Assembly: GCA_051313645.2 (NCBI GenBank)
Contig: JBNRSN020000014.1
Location: 151,900,001 to 151,964,000, forward strand
From: Centroscyllium fabricii
Taxonomy: Eukaryota
DNA: 64,000 nucleotides
Direction of reading: 5' to 3'
The position numbers and the translations under genes are program-made. The notes below the pieces were generated by a model. That model did no database searches. It was not told where the DNA came from and was given only the letters and a program-made list of their open reading frames with translations. Shown piece after piece: positions 23,101 through 37,249 of this stretch; within the stretch, counting starts at the first letter, position 1; every line of letters begins with the position of its first letter.

Positions 23101-26100
23101 GAGAACTGACTGAGAGAGGATTGACTGAGGGAGGATTGACTGAGAGAGGATTGACTGAGAGAGAACTGACTGTGAGAGGATTGACTGAGGGAGGATTGAC
23201 TGAGAGAGGATTGACTGAGCGAGGACTGACTGAGAGACGATTGACTGAGAGAGAACTGACTGAGAGAGGATTGACTGAGAGAGGATTGACTGATAGAGGA
23301 CTGACTGAGGGAGGACTGACTGAGAGAGGATTGACTGAGAAATAACTGACTGAGAGAAGATTGACTGAGGGAGAACTGACTGAGGGAGAACTGACTGAGA
23401 GAGGATTGACTGAGGGAGAACTGACTGAGAGAGGACTGACTGAGAGAGAACTGACTGAGGGAGGATTGACTGAGGGAGGATTGACTGAGGGAGGATTGAC
23501 TGAGAGAGGATTGACTGAGAGACGACTGACTGAGAGAGGACTGACTGAGAGAGGATAGACTGAGATAGGATTGACTGAGAGTGGATTGACTGAGGGAGGA
23601 TTGAATGAGAGAGGATTGACTGAGGGCGGATTGACTGAGAGAGAACTGACTCAGAGAAGATTGACCAAGGGAGGATTGACTGAGAGAGGATTGACTGAGA
23701 GAGAACTGACTGAGAGAGGATTGACTGAGGGAGGAATGACTGAGAGAGGATTGACTGAGAGAGAACTGACTGAGAGAGGATTGACTGAGAGAGGATTGAC
23801 TGAGAGAGGATTGACTGAGGGAGGATTGACTGAGAGAGAACTTACTGAGAGAGTATTTACTGAGGGAGGATTGACTGAGAGAGGATTGACTGAGGGAGGA
23901 TTGACTGAGAGAGGATTGACTGAGAGAGAACTGACTGAGAGAGGATTGACTGAGGGAGAACTGACTGAGAGAGAACTGACTGAGAGAGGATTGACTGAGA
24001 GAGGATTGACTGAGAGAGAACTGACTGAGAGAGGATTGACTGAGGGAGAATTTGCTGAGAGAGACCAGGCTGAGAGAGAACTGACTGAGAGAGGATTGAC
24101 TGAGAGAGAACTGACTGAGAAAGGACTGACTGAGAGAGGATTGACTGAGAGAGGATTGACTGAGGGAGGATTGAATGAGAGAGGATTGACTGAGGGAGGA
24201 TTGACTGAGAGAAAATTGACTGAGAGAGAACTGACTGAGAGAGGATTGACTGAGGGAGGATTGACTGAGATGGGATTGTCTCAGAGAGCATTGACTGAGG
24301 GAGGATTGAATGAGAGAGGATTGACTGAGGGAGGATTGACTGAGGGAGAACTGACTGAGGGAGAACTGACTGAGAGAGGATTGACTGAGGGAGGATTGAC
24401 TGAGAGAGAACTGACTGAGAGAGGATTGACTGAGGGAGGATTGAATGAGAGAGGATTGACTGAGAGAGGATTGACTGAGGGAGGATTGACTGAGAGAGAA
24501 CTGACTGAGAGAGGATTGACTGAGGGAGGACTGACTGAGAGAGAATTGACTGACAGAGGACTGACTGAGAGAGGATTGACTGAGAGAGCACTGACTGAGA
24601 GAGGATTGACTGAGAGAGGATTGACTGAGAGAGAACTGACTGAGAGAGGATTGACTGAGAGAGGATTGACTGAGGGAGGATTGACTGAGAGAGGATTGAC
24701 TGAGAGTGGACTGACGGAGAGAGGATTGACTGAGGGAGGATTGACTGAGAGAGGATTGACTGAGAGTGGACTGACGGAGAGAGGATTGACTGAGGGAGGA
24801 TTGACTGAGAGAGGATTGACTGACAGAGAACTGACTGAGGGAGGATTGACTGAGGGAGTTTTGACTGAGAGAGGATTGACTGAGGGAGGATTGACTGAGA
24901 GGGAACTGACTGAGAGAGGATTGACTGAGAGAAGATTGACTGAGGGAGGATTGACTGAGGGAGGATTGACTGAGAGAGGATTGACTGAGGGAGGATTGAC
25001 TGAGAGAGGATTGACTGAGAGAGAACTGACTGAGAGAGTATTGACTGAGGGAGGATTGACTGAGAGAGTATTGACTGAGAGAGAACTGACTGAGAGAGGA
25101 TTGATTGAGGGAGGATTGACTGAGAGATGATTGACTGAGGGAGGATTGACTGAGGGAGGATTGACTGAGAGAGAACTGACTGAGAGAGGATTGATTGAGG
25201 GAGGATTTACTGAGAGATGATTGACTGAGGGAGGATTGACTGAGAGAGGATTGACTGAGAGAGAACTGACTGAGAGAGGATTGACTGAGGGAGGATTGAC
25301 TGAGATAGGATTGACTGAGAGAGAACTGACTGTGAGAGGATTGACTGAGGGAGGATTGACTGAGAGAGGATTGACTGAGAGAGGACTGACTGAGAGAGGA
25401 TTGACTGAGAGAGAACTGACTGAGAGAGGATTGACTGAGAGAGGATTGACTGATAGAGGACTGACTGAGGGAGGACTGACTGAGAGAGGATTGACTGAGA
25501 AATAACTGACTGAGAGAAGATTGACTGAGGGAGAATTGACTGAGGGAGAACTGACTGAGAGAGGATTGACTGAGGGAGAACTGACTGAGAGAGGACTGAC
25601 TGAGAGAGAACTGACTGAGGGAGGATTGACTGAGGGAGGATTGACTGAGGGAGGATTGACTGAGAGAGGATTGACTGAGAGACGACTGACTGAGAGAGGA
25701 CTGACTGAGAGAGGATAGACTGAGATAGGATTGACTGAGAGTGGATTGACTGAGGGAGGATTGAATGAGAGAGGATTGACTGAGGGCGGATTGACTGAGA
25801 GAGAACTGACTCAGAGAAGATTGACCGAGGGAGGATTGACTGAGAGAGGATTGACTGAGGGAGGAATGACTGAGAGAGGATTGACTGAGAGAGAACTGAC
25901 TGAGAGAGGATTGACTGAGAGAGGATTGACTTAGAGAGGATTGACTGAGGGAGGATTGACTGAGAGAGAACTTACTGAGAGAGTATTTACTGAGGGAGGA
26001 TTGACTGAGAGAGGATTGACTGAGGGAGGATTGACTGAGAGAGGGGATTGACTGAGAGAGAGAACTGACTGAGAGAGGATTGACTGAGGGAGAACTGACT

Positions 26101-29100
26101 GAGAGAGAACTGACTGAGAGAGGATTGACTGAGAGGATTGATTGAGGGATGATTGAATGAGAGATGACTGACTGAGGGAGGTTTGACGGAGAGAACTGAC
26201 TGAGAGAGGATTGACTGAGGAGGATTGACTGAGAGAGGATTGACTAAGAGAGAACTGATGGAGAGAGGACTGAGAGAGTACTGACTGAGAGAGGATTGAC
26301 TGAGCGAGGATTGACTGAGAGAGGATTGACTGAGAGAGGATTGACTGAGGGAGGATTGACTGAGAGAGGATTGACTGAGGGAGGATTGACTGAGGGAGGA
26401 CTGACTGAGAGAGAACTGACTGAGAGAGGATTGACTGAGGGACGATTGACTGAGAGAGAACTGACTGAGAGAGGATTGACTGAGAGAAGATTGACTGAGG
26501 GAGGATTGACTGAGGGAGGATTGACTGAGAGAGGATTGACTGAGGGAGGATTGACTGAGAGAGGATTGACTGAGAGAAGATTGACTGAGAGAGGATTGAC
26601 TGAGGGAGGATTGACTGAGAGAGGATTGACTGGGAGTGAACTGACTGAGAGAGTATTGACTGAGGGAGGATTGACTGAGAGAGTATTGACTGAGAGAGAA
26701 CTGACAGAGAGGATTGACTGAGAGAGGATTGACTGAGAGAGGATTGACTGAGGGAGGATTGACTGAGGGAGGATTGACTGAGAGAGAACTGACTGAGAGA
26801 GGATTGATTGAGGGAGGATTCACTGAGAGACGATTGACTGAGGGAGGATTGACTGAGAGAGGATTGACTGAGAGAGAACTGACTGAGAGAGGATTGACTG
26901 AGGGAGGATTGACTGAGAGAGGATTGACTGAGAGAGAACTGACTGAGAGAGGATTGACTGAGAGAGGATTGACTGATAGAGGACTGACTGAGGGAGGACT
27001 GACTGAGAGAGGATTGACTGAGAAATAACTGACTGAGAGAAGATTGACTGAGGGAGAACTGACTGAGGGAGAACTGACTGAGAGAGGATTGACTGAGGGA
27101 GAACTGACTGAGAGAGGATTGACTGAGAGAGGATTGACTGCGAGAGGACTGACTGAGAGAGGACTGACTGAGAGAGAACTGACTGAGGGAGGATTGACTG
27201 AGGGAGGATTGACTTAGGGAGGACTGACTGAGAGAGGATTGACTGAGAGACGACTGACTGAGAGAGGACTGACTGAGGGAGGATTGACTGAGAGAGGATT
27301 GACTGAGGGAGGATTGAATGAGAGAGGATTGACTGAGGGAGGATTGACTGAGAGAGGATTGACTGAGGGAGGATTGAATGAGAGAGGATTGACTGAGGGA
27401 GGATTGACTGAGAGAGAACTGACTCAGAGAAGATTGACCGAGGGAGGATTGACTGAGAGAGGATTGACTGAGAGAGAACTGACTGAGAGAGGATTGGCTG
27501 AGGGAGGAATGACTGAGAGAGGATTGACTGAGAGAGAACTGACTGAGAGAGGATTGACTGAGAGAGGATTGACTGAGAGAGGATTGACTGAGGGAGGATT
27601 GACTGAGGGAGGATTGACTGAGAGAGAACTGACTGAAAGATGACTGACTGAGGGAGGTTTGACTGAGAGAGAACTGACTGAGAGAGGATTGAGTGAGGGA
27701 GGATTTACTGAGAGAGGATTGACTCAGAGAGGATTGATTGAGGGAGGATTGAATGAGAGAGGATTGACTGAGAGAGGATTGACTGGGAGAGGATTGACTC
27801 AGAGAATTGACTGTGAGAGGACTGACTGAGAGAGGACTGATTGAGAGAGGACTGACTGACAGAGAACTGACTGAGGGGGGAATGACTGAGAGAGGATTGA
27901 CTAAGAGAGAACTGACGGAGAGAGGACTGAGAGAGGACTGACTGAGAGAGGATTGACTGAGCGAGGATTGACTGAGAGAGGATTGACTGAGAGAGGATTG
28001 ACTGAGAGAGGATTGACTGAGGGAGGATTGACTGAGAGAGGATTGACTGAGGGAGGATTGACTGAGAGAGGATTGACTGAGAGAGAACTGACTGATACAG
28101 GACTGACTGGGGGAGGACTGACTGAGAGAGGATTGACTGAGAAATAACTGACTGAGAGGATTGACTGAGGGAGAACTGACTGAGGGAGGATTGACTGAGG
28201 GAGGATTGACTGAGCGAGGATTGACTGAGAGAAGATTGACTGTGAGAGGATTGACTGAGGGAGGATTGACTGAGAGAGAACTGACTGAGAGAGGATTGAC
28301 TGAGGGAGGATTGACTGAGAGAGGATTGACTGAGGGAGGATTGACTGAGAGTGGATTGACAGAGAGAACTGACTGAGAGAGGATTGACTGAGGGAGGATT
28401 GACTGAGAGAGGATTGACTGAGAGAGAACTGACTGAGAGGATTGACTGAGGGAGAACCGACTGAGGGAGGATTGACTGAGGGAGGATTGACTGAGCGAGG
28501 ATTGACTGAGAGAAGATTGACTGTGAGAGGATTGACTGAGGGAGTATTGACTGAGAGAGAACTGACTGAGAGAGGATTGACTGAGGGAGGATTGATTGAG
28601 AGAGGATTGACTGAGGGAGGATTGACTGAGAGTGGATTGACAGAGAGAACTGACTGAGAGAGGATTGACTGAGGGAGGATTGACTGAGAGAAGATTGACT
28701 GTGAGAGGATTGACTGAGGGAGGATTGACTGAGAGAGAACTGACTGAGAGAGGATTGATTGAGGGAGGATTGACTGAGCGAGGATTGACTGAGAGAGGAT
28801 TGACTGAGAGAGGACTGACTGAGAGAGGATTGACTGAGAGAAGATTGACTGTGAGAGGATTGACTGAGGGAGGATTGACTGAGAGAGAACAGACTGAGAG
28901 AGAACTGACTGAGAGAGGATTGACTGAGGGAGGATTGACTGAGCGAGGATTGACTGAGAGAGGATTGACTGAGAGAGGACTGACTGAGAGAGGATTGACT
29001 GAGAGAAGATTGACTGTGAGAGGATTGACTGAGGGAGGATTGACTGAGAGAGAACTGACTGAGAGAGGATTGATTGAGGGAGGATTGACTGAGCGAGGAT

Positions 29101-32100
29101 TGACTGAGAGAGGATTGACTGAGAGAGGACTGACTGAGAGAGGATTGACTGAGAGAAGATTGACTGTGAGAGGATTGACTGAGGGAGGATTGACTGAGAG
29201 AGAACAGACTGAGAGAGAACTGATTGAGAGAGGATTGACTGAGAGGATTGACTGCGAGAGGACTGACTGAGAGAGGACTGTCTGAGGGAGGATTCACTGA
29301 GGGAGGATTGACTGAGGGAGGATTGACTGAGAGAGGATTGACTGAGAGAGTGCTGACTGAGAGAGGACTGACTGAGAGAGGATTGACTGAGAGAGGATTG
29401 ACTGAGAGAGGATTGCCTGAGAGAGGATTGCCTGAGGGAGGATTGACTGAGAGAGGATTGACTGAGGGATGATTGAATGAGAGAGGATTGACTGAGGGAG
29501 GATTGACTGAGAGAGAACTGACTCAGAGAGAATTGACTGAGGGAGGATTGACTGAGATAGGATTGACTGAGAGAGAACTGACTGAGAGAGGATTGACTGA
29601 GGGAGGAATGACTGAGAGAGGATTGACTGAGAGAGAACTGACTGAGAGAGGATTGACTGAGAGAGGATTGACTGAGAGAGGACTGACTGAGGGAGGATTG
29701 ACTGAGAGAGAACTGACTGAGAGAGGATTTACTGAGGGATGATTGACTGAGAGAGGATTGACTGAGGGAGGATTGACTGAGAGAGAACTGACTGAGATAG
29801 GATTGACTGAGGGAGGATTGACTGAGTGAAGATTGACTGAGAGAGGACTGACTGAGAGAGGACTGACTGAGAGAGGATTGACAGAGAGAGAACTGACTGA
29901 GAGATGATTGACTGAGAGAGGATTGACTGATAGAGGACTGACTGAGGGAGGACTGACTGAGAGAGGATTGACTAAGAGAGAACTGACGGAGAGAGGACTG
30001 AGAGAGGACTGACTGAGAGAGGATTGACTGAGCGAGGATTGACTGAGAGAGCATTGACTGAGAGAAGATTGACTGATGGAGGATTGACTGAGAGAGGATT
30101 GACTGAGGGAGGACTGACTGAGAGAGGACTGACTGAGAGAGGATTGACTGAGGGAGGATTGACTGAGAGAGAACTGACTGAGAGAGGATTGACTGTGGAA
30201 GGATTGACTGAGAGAGGATTGACTGAGAGAGGACTGACTGAGAGAGAATTGACTGAGAGAGAACTGACTGAGAGAGGTTTGACTGAGAGAGGATTGACTG
30301 ATAGAGGACTGACTGAGGGACGACTGACTGAGAGAGGATTGACTGAGAAATAACTGACTGAGAGGATTGACTGAGGGAGAACTCACTGAGAGAGAACAGA
30401 CAGAGAGAGAACTGACTGAGAGAGGATTGACTGAGAGAGGATTGACTGCGAGAGGACTGACTGAGAGAGAACTGACTGAGGGAGGATTGACTGACGGAGG
30501 ATTGACTGAGGGAGGATTGACTGAGAGAGGATTGACTGAGAGAGGACTGACTGAGAGAGGATTGACTGAGAGAGGATTGACTGAGAGAGGACTGACTGAG
30601 AGAGGACTGACTGAGAGAGGATTGACTGAGAGAGGATTGACTGAGAGAGGATTGACTGAGGGAGGATTGAATGAGAGAGGATTGACTGAGAGAGAATTGA
30701 CTGAGAGAGGATTGACTGAGGGAGGAATGACTGAGAGAGGATTGACTGAGAGAAGGTTGACTGAGAGAAGATTGACTGAGTGAGGAATGACTGAGGGAGG
30801 ATTGACTGAGAGAGAACTGACAGAGACGATTTACTGAGGGAGGATTGACTGAGAGAGGAATGACTGAGAGAGGATTGACTGAGAGAGAACTGACTGAGAG
30901 AGGATTGACTGAGGGAGAGTTGACTGAGAGAGAACAGACTGAGAGAGAACTGACTGAGAGAGGATTGACTGAGAGAGAACTGACTGAGAAAGGACTGACT
31001 GAGAGAGGATTGACTGAGAGAGGATTGACTGAGGGAGGATTGAATGAGAGAGGATTGACTGAGGGAGGATTGACTGAGAGAAAATTGACTGAGAGAGAAC
31101 TGACTGAGAGAGGATTGACTGAGGGAGGATTGACTGAGATGGGATTGTCTCAGAGAGCATTGACTGAGGGAGGATTGAATGAGAGAGGATTGACTGAGGG
31201 AGGATTAACTGAGGGAGAACTGACTGAGGGAGAACTGACTGAGAGAGGATTGACTGAGGGAGGATTGACTGAGAGAGAACTGACTGAGAGAGGATTGACT
31301 GAGGGAGGACTGACTGAGAGAGAATTGACTGACAGAGGACTGACTGAGAGAGGATTGACTGAGAGAGAACTGACTGAGAGAGGATTGACTGAGAGAGGAT
31401 TGACTGAGAGAGAACTGACTGAGGGAGGATTTACTGAGAGAGGATTGACTGAGGGAAGATTGACTGAGAGAGGATTGACTGAGAGTGGACTGACGGAGAG
31501 AGGATTGACGGAGGGAGGATTGACTGAGAGAGGATTGACTGAGAGTGGACTGACGGAGGGAGGATTGACTGAGGGAGGATTGACTGAGAGAGGATTGACT
31601 GACAGAGAACTGACTGAGGGAGGATTGACTGAGGGAGTTTTGACTGAGAGAGGATTGACTGAGGGAGGATTGACTGAGAGGGAACTGACTGAGAGAGGAT
31701 TGACTGAGAGAAGATTGACTGAGGGAGGATTGACTGAGGGAGGATTGACTGAGAGAGGATTGACTGAGGGAGGATTGACTGAGAGAGAACTGACAGAGAG
31801 GATTGACTGAGAGAAGATTGACTGAGAGAAGATTGACTGAGAGAGGATTGACTGAGGGAGGATTGACTGAGGGAGGATTGACTGAGAGAGGATTGACTGA
31901 GAGAGAACTGACTGAGAGAGTATTGACTGAGGGAGGATTGACTGAGAGAGTATTGACTGAGAGAGAACTGACTGAGAGAGGATTGATTGAGGGAGGATTG
32001 ACTGAGAGATGATTGACTGAGGGAGGATTGACTGAGGGAGGATTGACTGAGAGAGAACTGACTGAGAGAGGATTGATTGAGGGAGGATTTACTGAGAGAT

Positions 32101-35100
32101 GATTGGCTGAGGGAGGATTGACTGAGAGAGGATTGACTGAGAGAGAACTGACTGAGAGAGGATTGACTGAGGGAGGATTGACTGAGAGAGGATTGACTGA
32201 GAGAGAACTGACTGTGAGAGGATTGACTGAGGGAGGATTGACTGAGAGAGGATTGACTGAGCGAGGACTGACTGAGAGAGGATTGACTGAGAGAGAACTG
32301 TCTGAGAGAGGATTGACTGAGAGAGGATTGACTGATAGAGGACCGACTGAGGGAGGACTGACTGAGAGAGGATTGACTGAGAAATAACTGACTGAGAGAA
32401 GATTGACTGAGGGAGAACTGACTGAGGGAGAACTGACTGAGAGAGGATTGACTGAGGGAGAACTGACTGAGAGAGGACTGACTGAGAGAGAACTGACTGA
32501 GGGAGGATTGACTGAGGGAGGATTGACTGAGGAAGGATTGACTGAGAGAGGATTGACTGAGAGACGACTGACTGAGAGAGGACTGACTGAGAGAGGATAG
32601 ACTGAGATAGGATTGACTGAAAGTGGATTGACTGAGGGAGGATTGAATGAGAGAGGATTGACTGAGGGCGGATTGACTGAGAGAGAACTGACTCAGAGAA
32701 GATTGACCGAGGGAGGATTGACTGAGAGAGGATTGACTGAGAGAGAACTGACTGAGAGAGGATTGACTGAGGGAGGAATGACTGAGAGAGGATTGACTGA
32801 GAGAGAACTGACTGAGAGAGGATTGACTGAGAGAGGATTGACTGAGAGAGGATTGACTGAGGGAGGATTGACTGAGAGAGAACTTACTGAGAGAATATTT
32901 ACTGAGGGAGGATTGACTGAGAGAGGATTGACTGAGGGAGGATTGACTGAGAGAGGATTGACTGAGAGAGAACTGACTGAGAGAGGATTGACTGAGGGAG
33001 AACTGACTGAGAGAGAACTGACTGAGAGAGGATTGACTGAGAGAGGATTGACTGAGGGATGATTGAATGAGAGATGACTGACTGAGGGAGGTTTGACGGA
33101 GAGAACTGACTGAGAGAGGATTGACTGAGGGAGGATTGACTGAGAGAGGATTGACTAAGAGAGAACTGATGGAGAGAGGACTGAGAGAGTACTGACTGAG
33201 AGAGGATTGACTGAGCGAGGATTGACTGAGAGAGGATTGACTGAGAGAGGATTGACTGAGGGAGGATTGACTGAGAGAGGATTGACTGAGGGAGGATTGA
33301 CTGAGGGAGGACTGACTGAGAGAGAACTGACTGAGAGAGGATTGACTGAGGGACTATTGACTGAGAGAGAACTGACTGAGAGAGGATTGACTGAGAGAAG
33401 ATTGACTGAGGGAGGATTGACTGAGGGAGGATTGACTGAGAGAGGATTGACTGAGGGAGGATTGACTGAGAGAGGATTGACTGAGAGAAGATTGACTGAG
33501 AGAGGATTGACTGAGGGAGGATTGACTGAGAGAGGATTGACTGGGAGAGAACTGACTGAGAGAGTATTGACTGAGGGAGGATTGACTGAGAGAGTATTGA
33601 CTGAGAGAGAACTGACAGAGAGGATTGACTGAGAGAGGATTGACTGAGAGAGGATTGACTGAGGGAGGATTGACTGAGGGAGGATTGACTGAGAGAGAAC
33701 TGACTGAGAGAGGATTGATTGAGGGAGGATTCACTGAGAGACGATTGACTGAGGGAGGATTGACTGAGAGAGGATTGACTGAGAGAGAACTGACTGAGAG
33801 AGGATTGACTGAGGGAGGATTGACTGAGAGAGGATTGACTGAGAGAGAACTGACTGAGAGAGGATTGACTGAGAGAGGATTGACTGATAGAGGACTGACT
33901 GAGGGAGGACTGACTGAGAGAGGATTGACTGAGAAATAACTGACTGAGAGAAGATTGACTGAGGGAGAACTGACTGAGGGAGAACTGACTGAGAGAGGAT
34001 TGACTGAGGGAGAACTGACTGAGAGAGGATTGACTGAGAGAGGATTGACTGCGAGAGGACTGACTGAGAGAGGACTGACTGAGAGAGAACTGACTGAGGG
34101 AGGATTGACTGAGGGAGGATTGACTTAGGGAGGACTGACTGAGAGAGGATTGACTGAGAGACGACTGACTGAGAGAGGACTGACTGAGGGAGGATTGACT
34201 GAGAGAGGATTGACTGAGGGAGGATTGAATGAGAGAGGATTGACTGAGGGAGGATTGACTGAGAGAGGATTGACTGAGGGAGGATTGAATGAGAGAGGAT
34301 TGACTGAGGGAGGATTGACTGAGAGAGAACTGACTCAGAGAAGATTGACCAAGGGAGGATTGACTGAGAGAGGATTGACTGAGAGAGAACTGACTGAGAG
34401 AGGATTGGCTGAGGGAGGAATGACTGAGAGAGGATTGACTGAGAGAGAACTGACTGAGAGAGGATTGACTGAGAGAGGATTGACTGAGAGAGGATTGACT
34501 GAGGGAGGATTGACTGAGGGAGGATTGACTGAGAGAGAACTGACTGAGAGATGACTGACTGAGGGAGGTTTGACTGAGAGAGAACTGACTGAGAGAGGAT
34601 TGAGTGAGGGAGGATTTACTGAGAGAGGATTGACTCAGAGAGGATTGATTGAGGGAGGATTGAATGAGAGAGGATTGACTGAGAGAGGATTGACTGGGAG
34701 AGGATTGACTCAGAGAATTGACTGTGAGAGGACTGACTGAGAGAGGACTGATTGAGAGAGGACTGACTGACAGAGAACTGACTGAGGGAGGAATGACTGA
34801 GAGAGGATTGACTAAGAGAGAACTGACGGAGAGAGGACTGAGAGAGGACTGACTGAGAGAGGATTGACTGAGCGAGGATTGACTGAGAGAGGATTGACTG
34901 AGAGAGGATTGACTGAGAGAGGATTGACTGAGGGAGGATTGACTGAGAGAGGATTGACTGAGGGAGGATTGACTGAGAGAGGATTGACTGAGAGAGAACT
35001 GACTGATAGAGGACTGACTGAGGGAGGACTGACTGAGAGAGGATTGACTGAGAAATAACTGACTGAGAGGATTGACTGAGGGAGAACTGACTGAGGGAGG

Positions 35101-35900
35101 ATTGACTGAGGGAGGATTGACTGAGCGAGGATTGACTGAGAGAAGATTGACTGTGAGAGGATTGACTGAGGGAGGATTGACTGAGAGAGAACTGACTGAG
35201 AGAGGATTGACTGAGGGAGGATTGACTGAGAGAGGATTGACTGAGGGAGGATTGACTGAGAGTGGATTGACAGAGAGAACTGACTGAGAGAGGATTGACT
35301 GAGGGAGGATTGACTGAGAGAGGATTGACTGAGAGAGAACTGACTGAGAGAGGATTGACTGAGGGAGGATTGACAGAGAGAGGATTGACTGAGAGAAGAT
35401 TGACTGTGAGAGGATTGACTGAGGGAGGATTGACTGAGAGAGAACTGACTGAGAGAGGATTGATTGAGGGAGGATTGACTGAGCGAGGATTGACTGAGAG
35501 AGGATTGACTGAGAGAGGACTGACTGAGAGAGGATTGACTGAGAGAAGATTGACTGTGAGAGGATTGACTGAGGGAGGATTGACTGAGAGAGAACAGACT
35601 GAGAGAGAACTGACTGAGAGAGGATTGACTGAGGGAGGATTGACTGAGCGAGGATTGACTGAGAGAGGATTGACTGAGAGAGGACTGACTGAGAGAGGAT
35701 TGACTGAGAGAAGATTGACTGTGAGAGGATTGACTGAGGGAGGATTGACTGAGAGGGAACTGACTGAGAGAGGATTGACTGAGGGAGGATTGACTGAGAG
35801 AGGATTGACTGAGGGAGGATTGACTGAGAGTGGATTGACAGAGAGAACTGACTGAGAGAGGATTGACTGAGGGAGGATTGACTGAGAGAGGATTGACTGA
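20150..35900. repeat. Two tandem copies of a ~6.9-kb higher-order unit; the first is expanded to ~9.0 kb by an internal 2.16-kb duplication (boundaries approximate)
   Basis: ORF-track pairs offset by 9042 (20431/29473, 21325/30367, 23061/32103), then 6911 (26296/33207, 27953/34864); internal offset 2160 (23061/25221, 23361/25521). Confidence 0.85.
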
Positions 35901-37249
35901 GAGAGAACTGACTGAGAGAGGATTGACTGAGGGAGGATTGACTGAGAGAGGATTAACTGAGAGAAGATTGACTGTGAGAGGATTGACTGAGGGAGGATTG
36001 ACTGAGAGAGAACTGACTGAGAGAGGATTGATTGAGGGAGGATTGACTGAGAGAGGATTGACTGAGGGAGGATTGACTGAGAGAGGATTGACTGAGAGAG
36101 AACTGACTGAGAGAGGATTGACTGAGGGAGGATTGACTCAGAGAGGATTGACTGAGAGAGAACTGACTGAGAGAGGATTGACTGAGGGAGGATTGACTGA
36201 GTGAGGATTGACTGAGAGAGGACTGACTGAGAGAGGATTGACTGAGAGAGAAGTGACTGAGAGAGGATTGACTGTGAGAGGATTGACTGACAGAGGACTG
36301 TCTGAGGGAGGACTGACAGAGAGAGGATTGACTGAGAAGTAACTGACTGAGAGAGGATTGACTGAGGGAGAACTGACTGAGGGAGAACTGACTGAGAGAG
36401 GATTGACTGAGGGAGAGCTGACTGAGAGAGAACTGACTGAGAGAGAACTGACTGAGAGAGGATTGACTGAGAGAGGATTGACAGAGAGGATTGACTGAGA
36501 GAGGATTGACTGCGAGAGGACTGACTGAGAGAGGACTGACTGAGAGAGGACTGACTGAGAGAGAACTGACTGAGAGAGAACTGACTGAGGGAGGATTGAT
36601 TGAGGAAGGATTGATGGAGGGAGGATTGACTGAGAGAGGATTGACTGAGAAAAGATTGACTGAGGGAGGATTGACTGAGGGAGGATTGACGGAGAGAGGA
36701 TTGACTGAGGGAGGATTGACTGAGAGAGAACTGACTGAGAGAGGATTGACTGAGAGAATATTGACTGAGAGAGGATTGACTGAGGGAGGATTGACTGAGA
36801 GAGGATTGACTGAGAGAGAACTGACTGAGAGAGTATTGACAGAGGGAGGATTGACTGAGAGAGTATTGACTGAGAGAGAACTGACAGAGAGAGGATTGAC
36901 TGAGAGAGGATTGACTGAGAGAGGATTGACTGAGGGAGGATTGACTGAGAGAGAACTGACTGAGAGAGGATTGATTGAGGGAGGATTCACTGAGAGACGA
37001 TTGACTGAGGGAGGATTGACTGAGAGAGGATTGACTGAGAGAGAACTGACTGAGAGAGGATTGACTGAGGGAGGATTGACTGAGAGAGGATTGACTGACA
37101 GAGAACTGACTGTGAGAGGATTGACTGAGGGAGGATTGACTGAGAGAGGATTGACTGAGAGAGGACTGACTGAGAGAGGATTGACTGAGAGAGAACTGAC
37201 TGAGAGAGGATTGACTGAGAGAGGATTGACTGATAGAGGACTGACTGAG

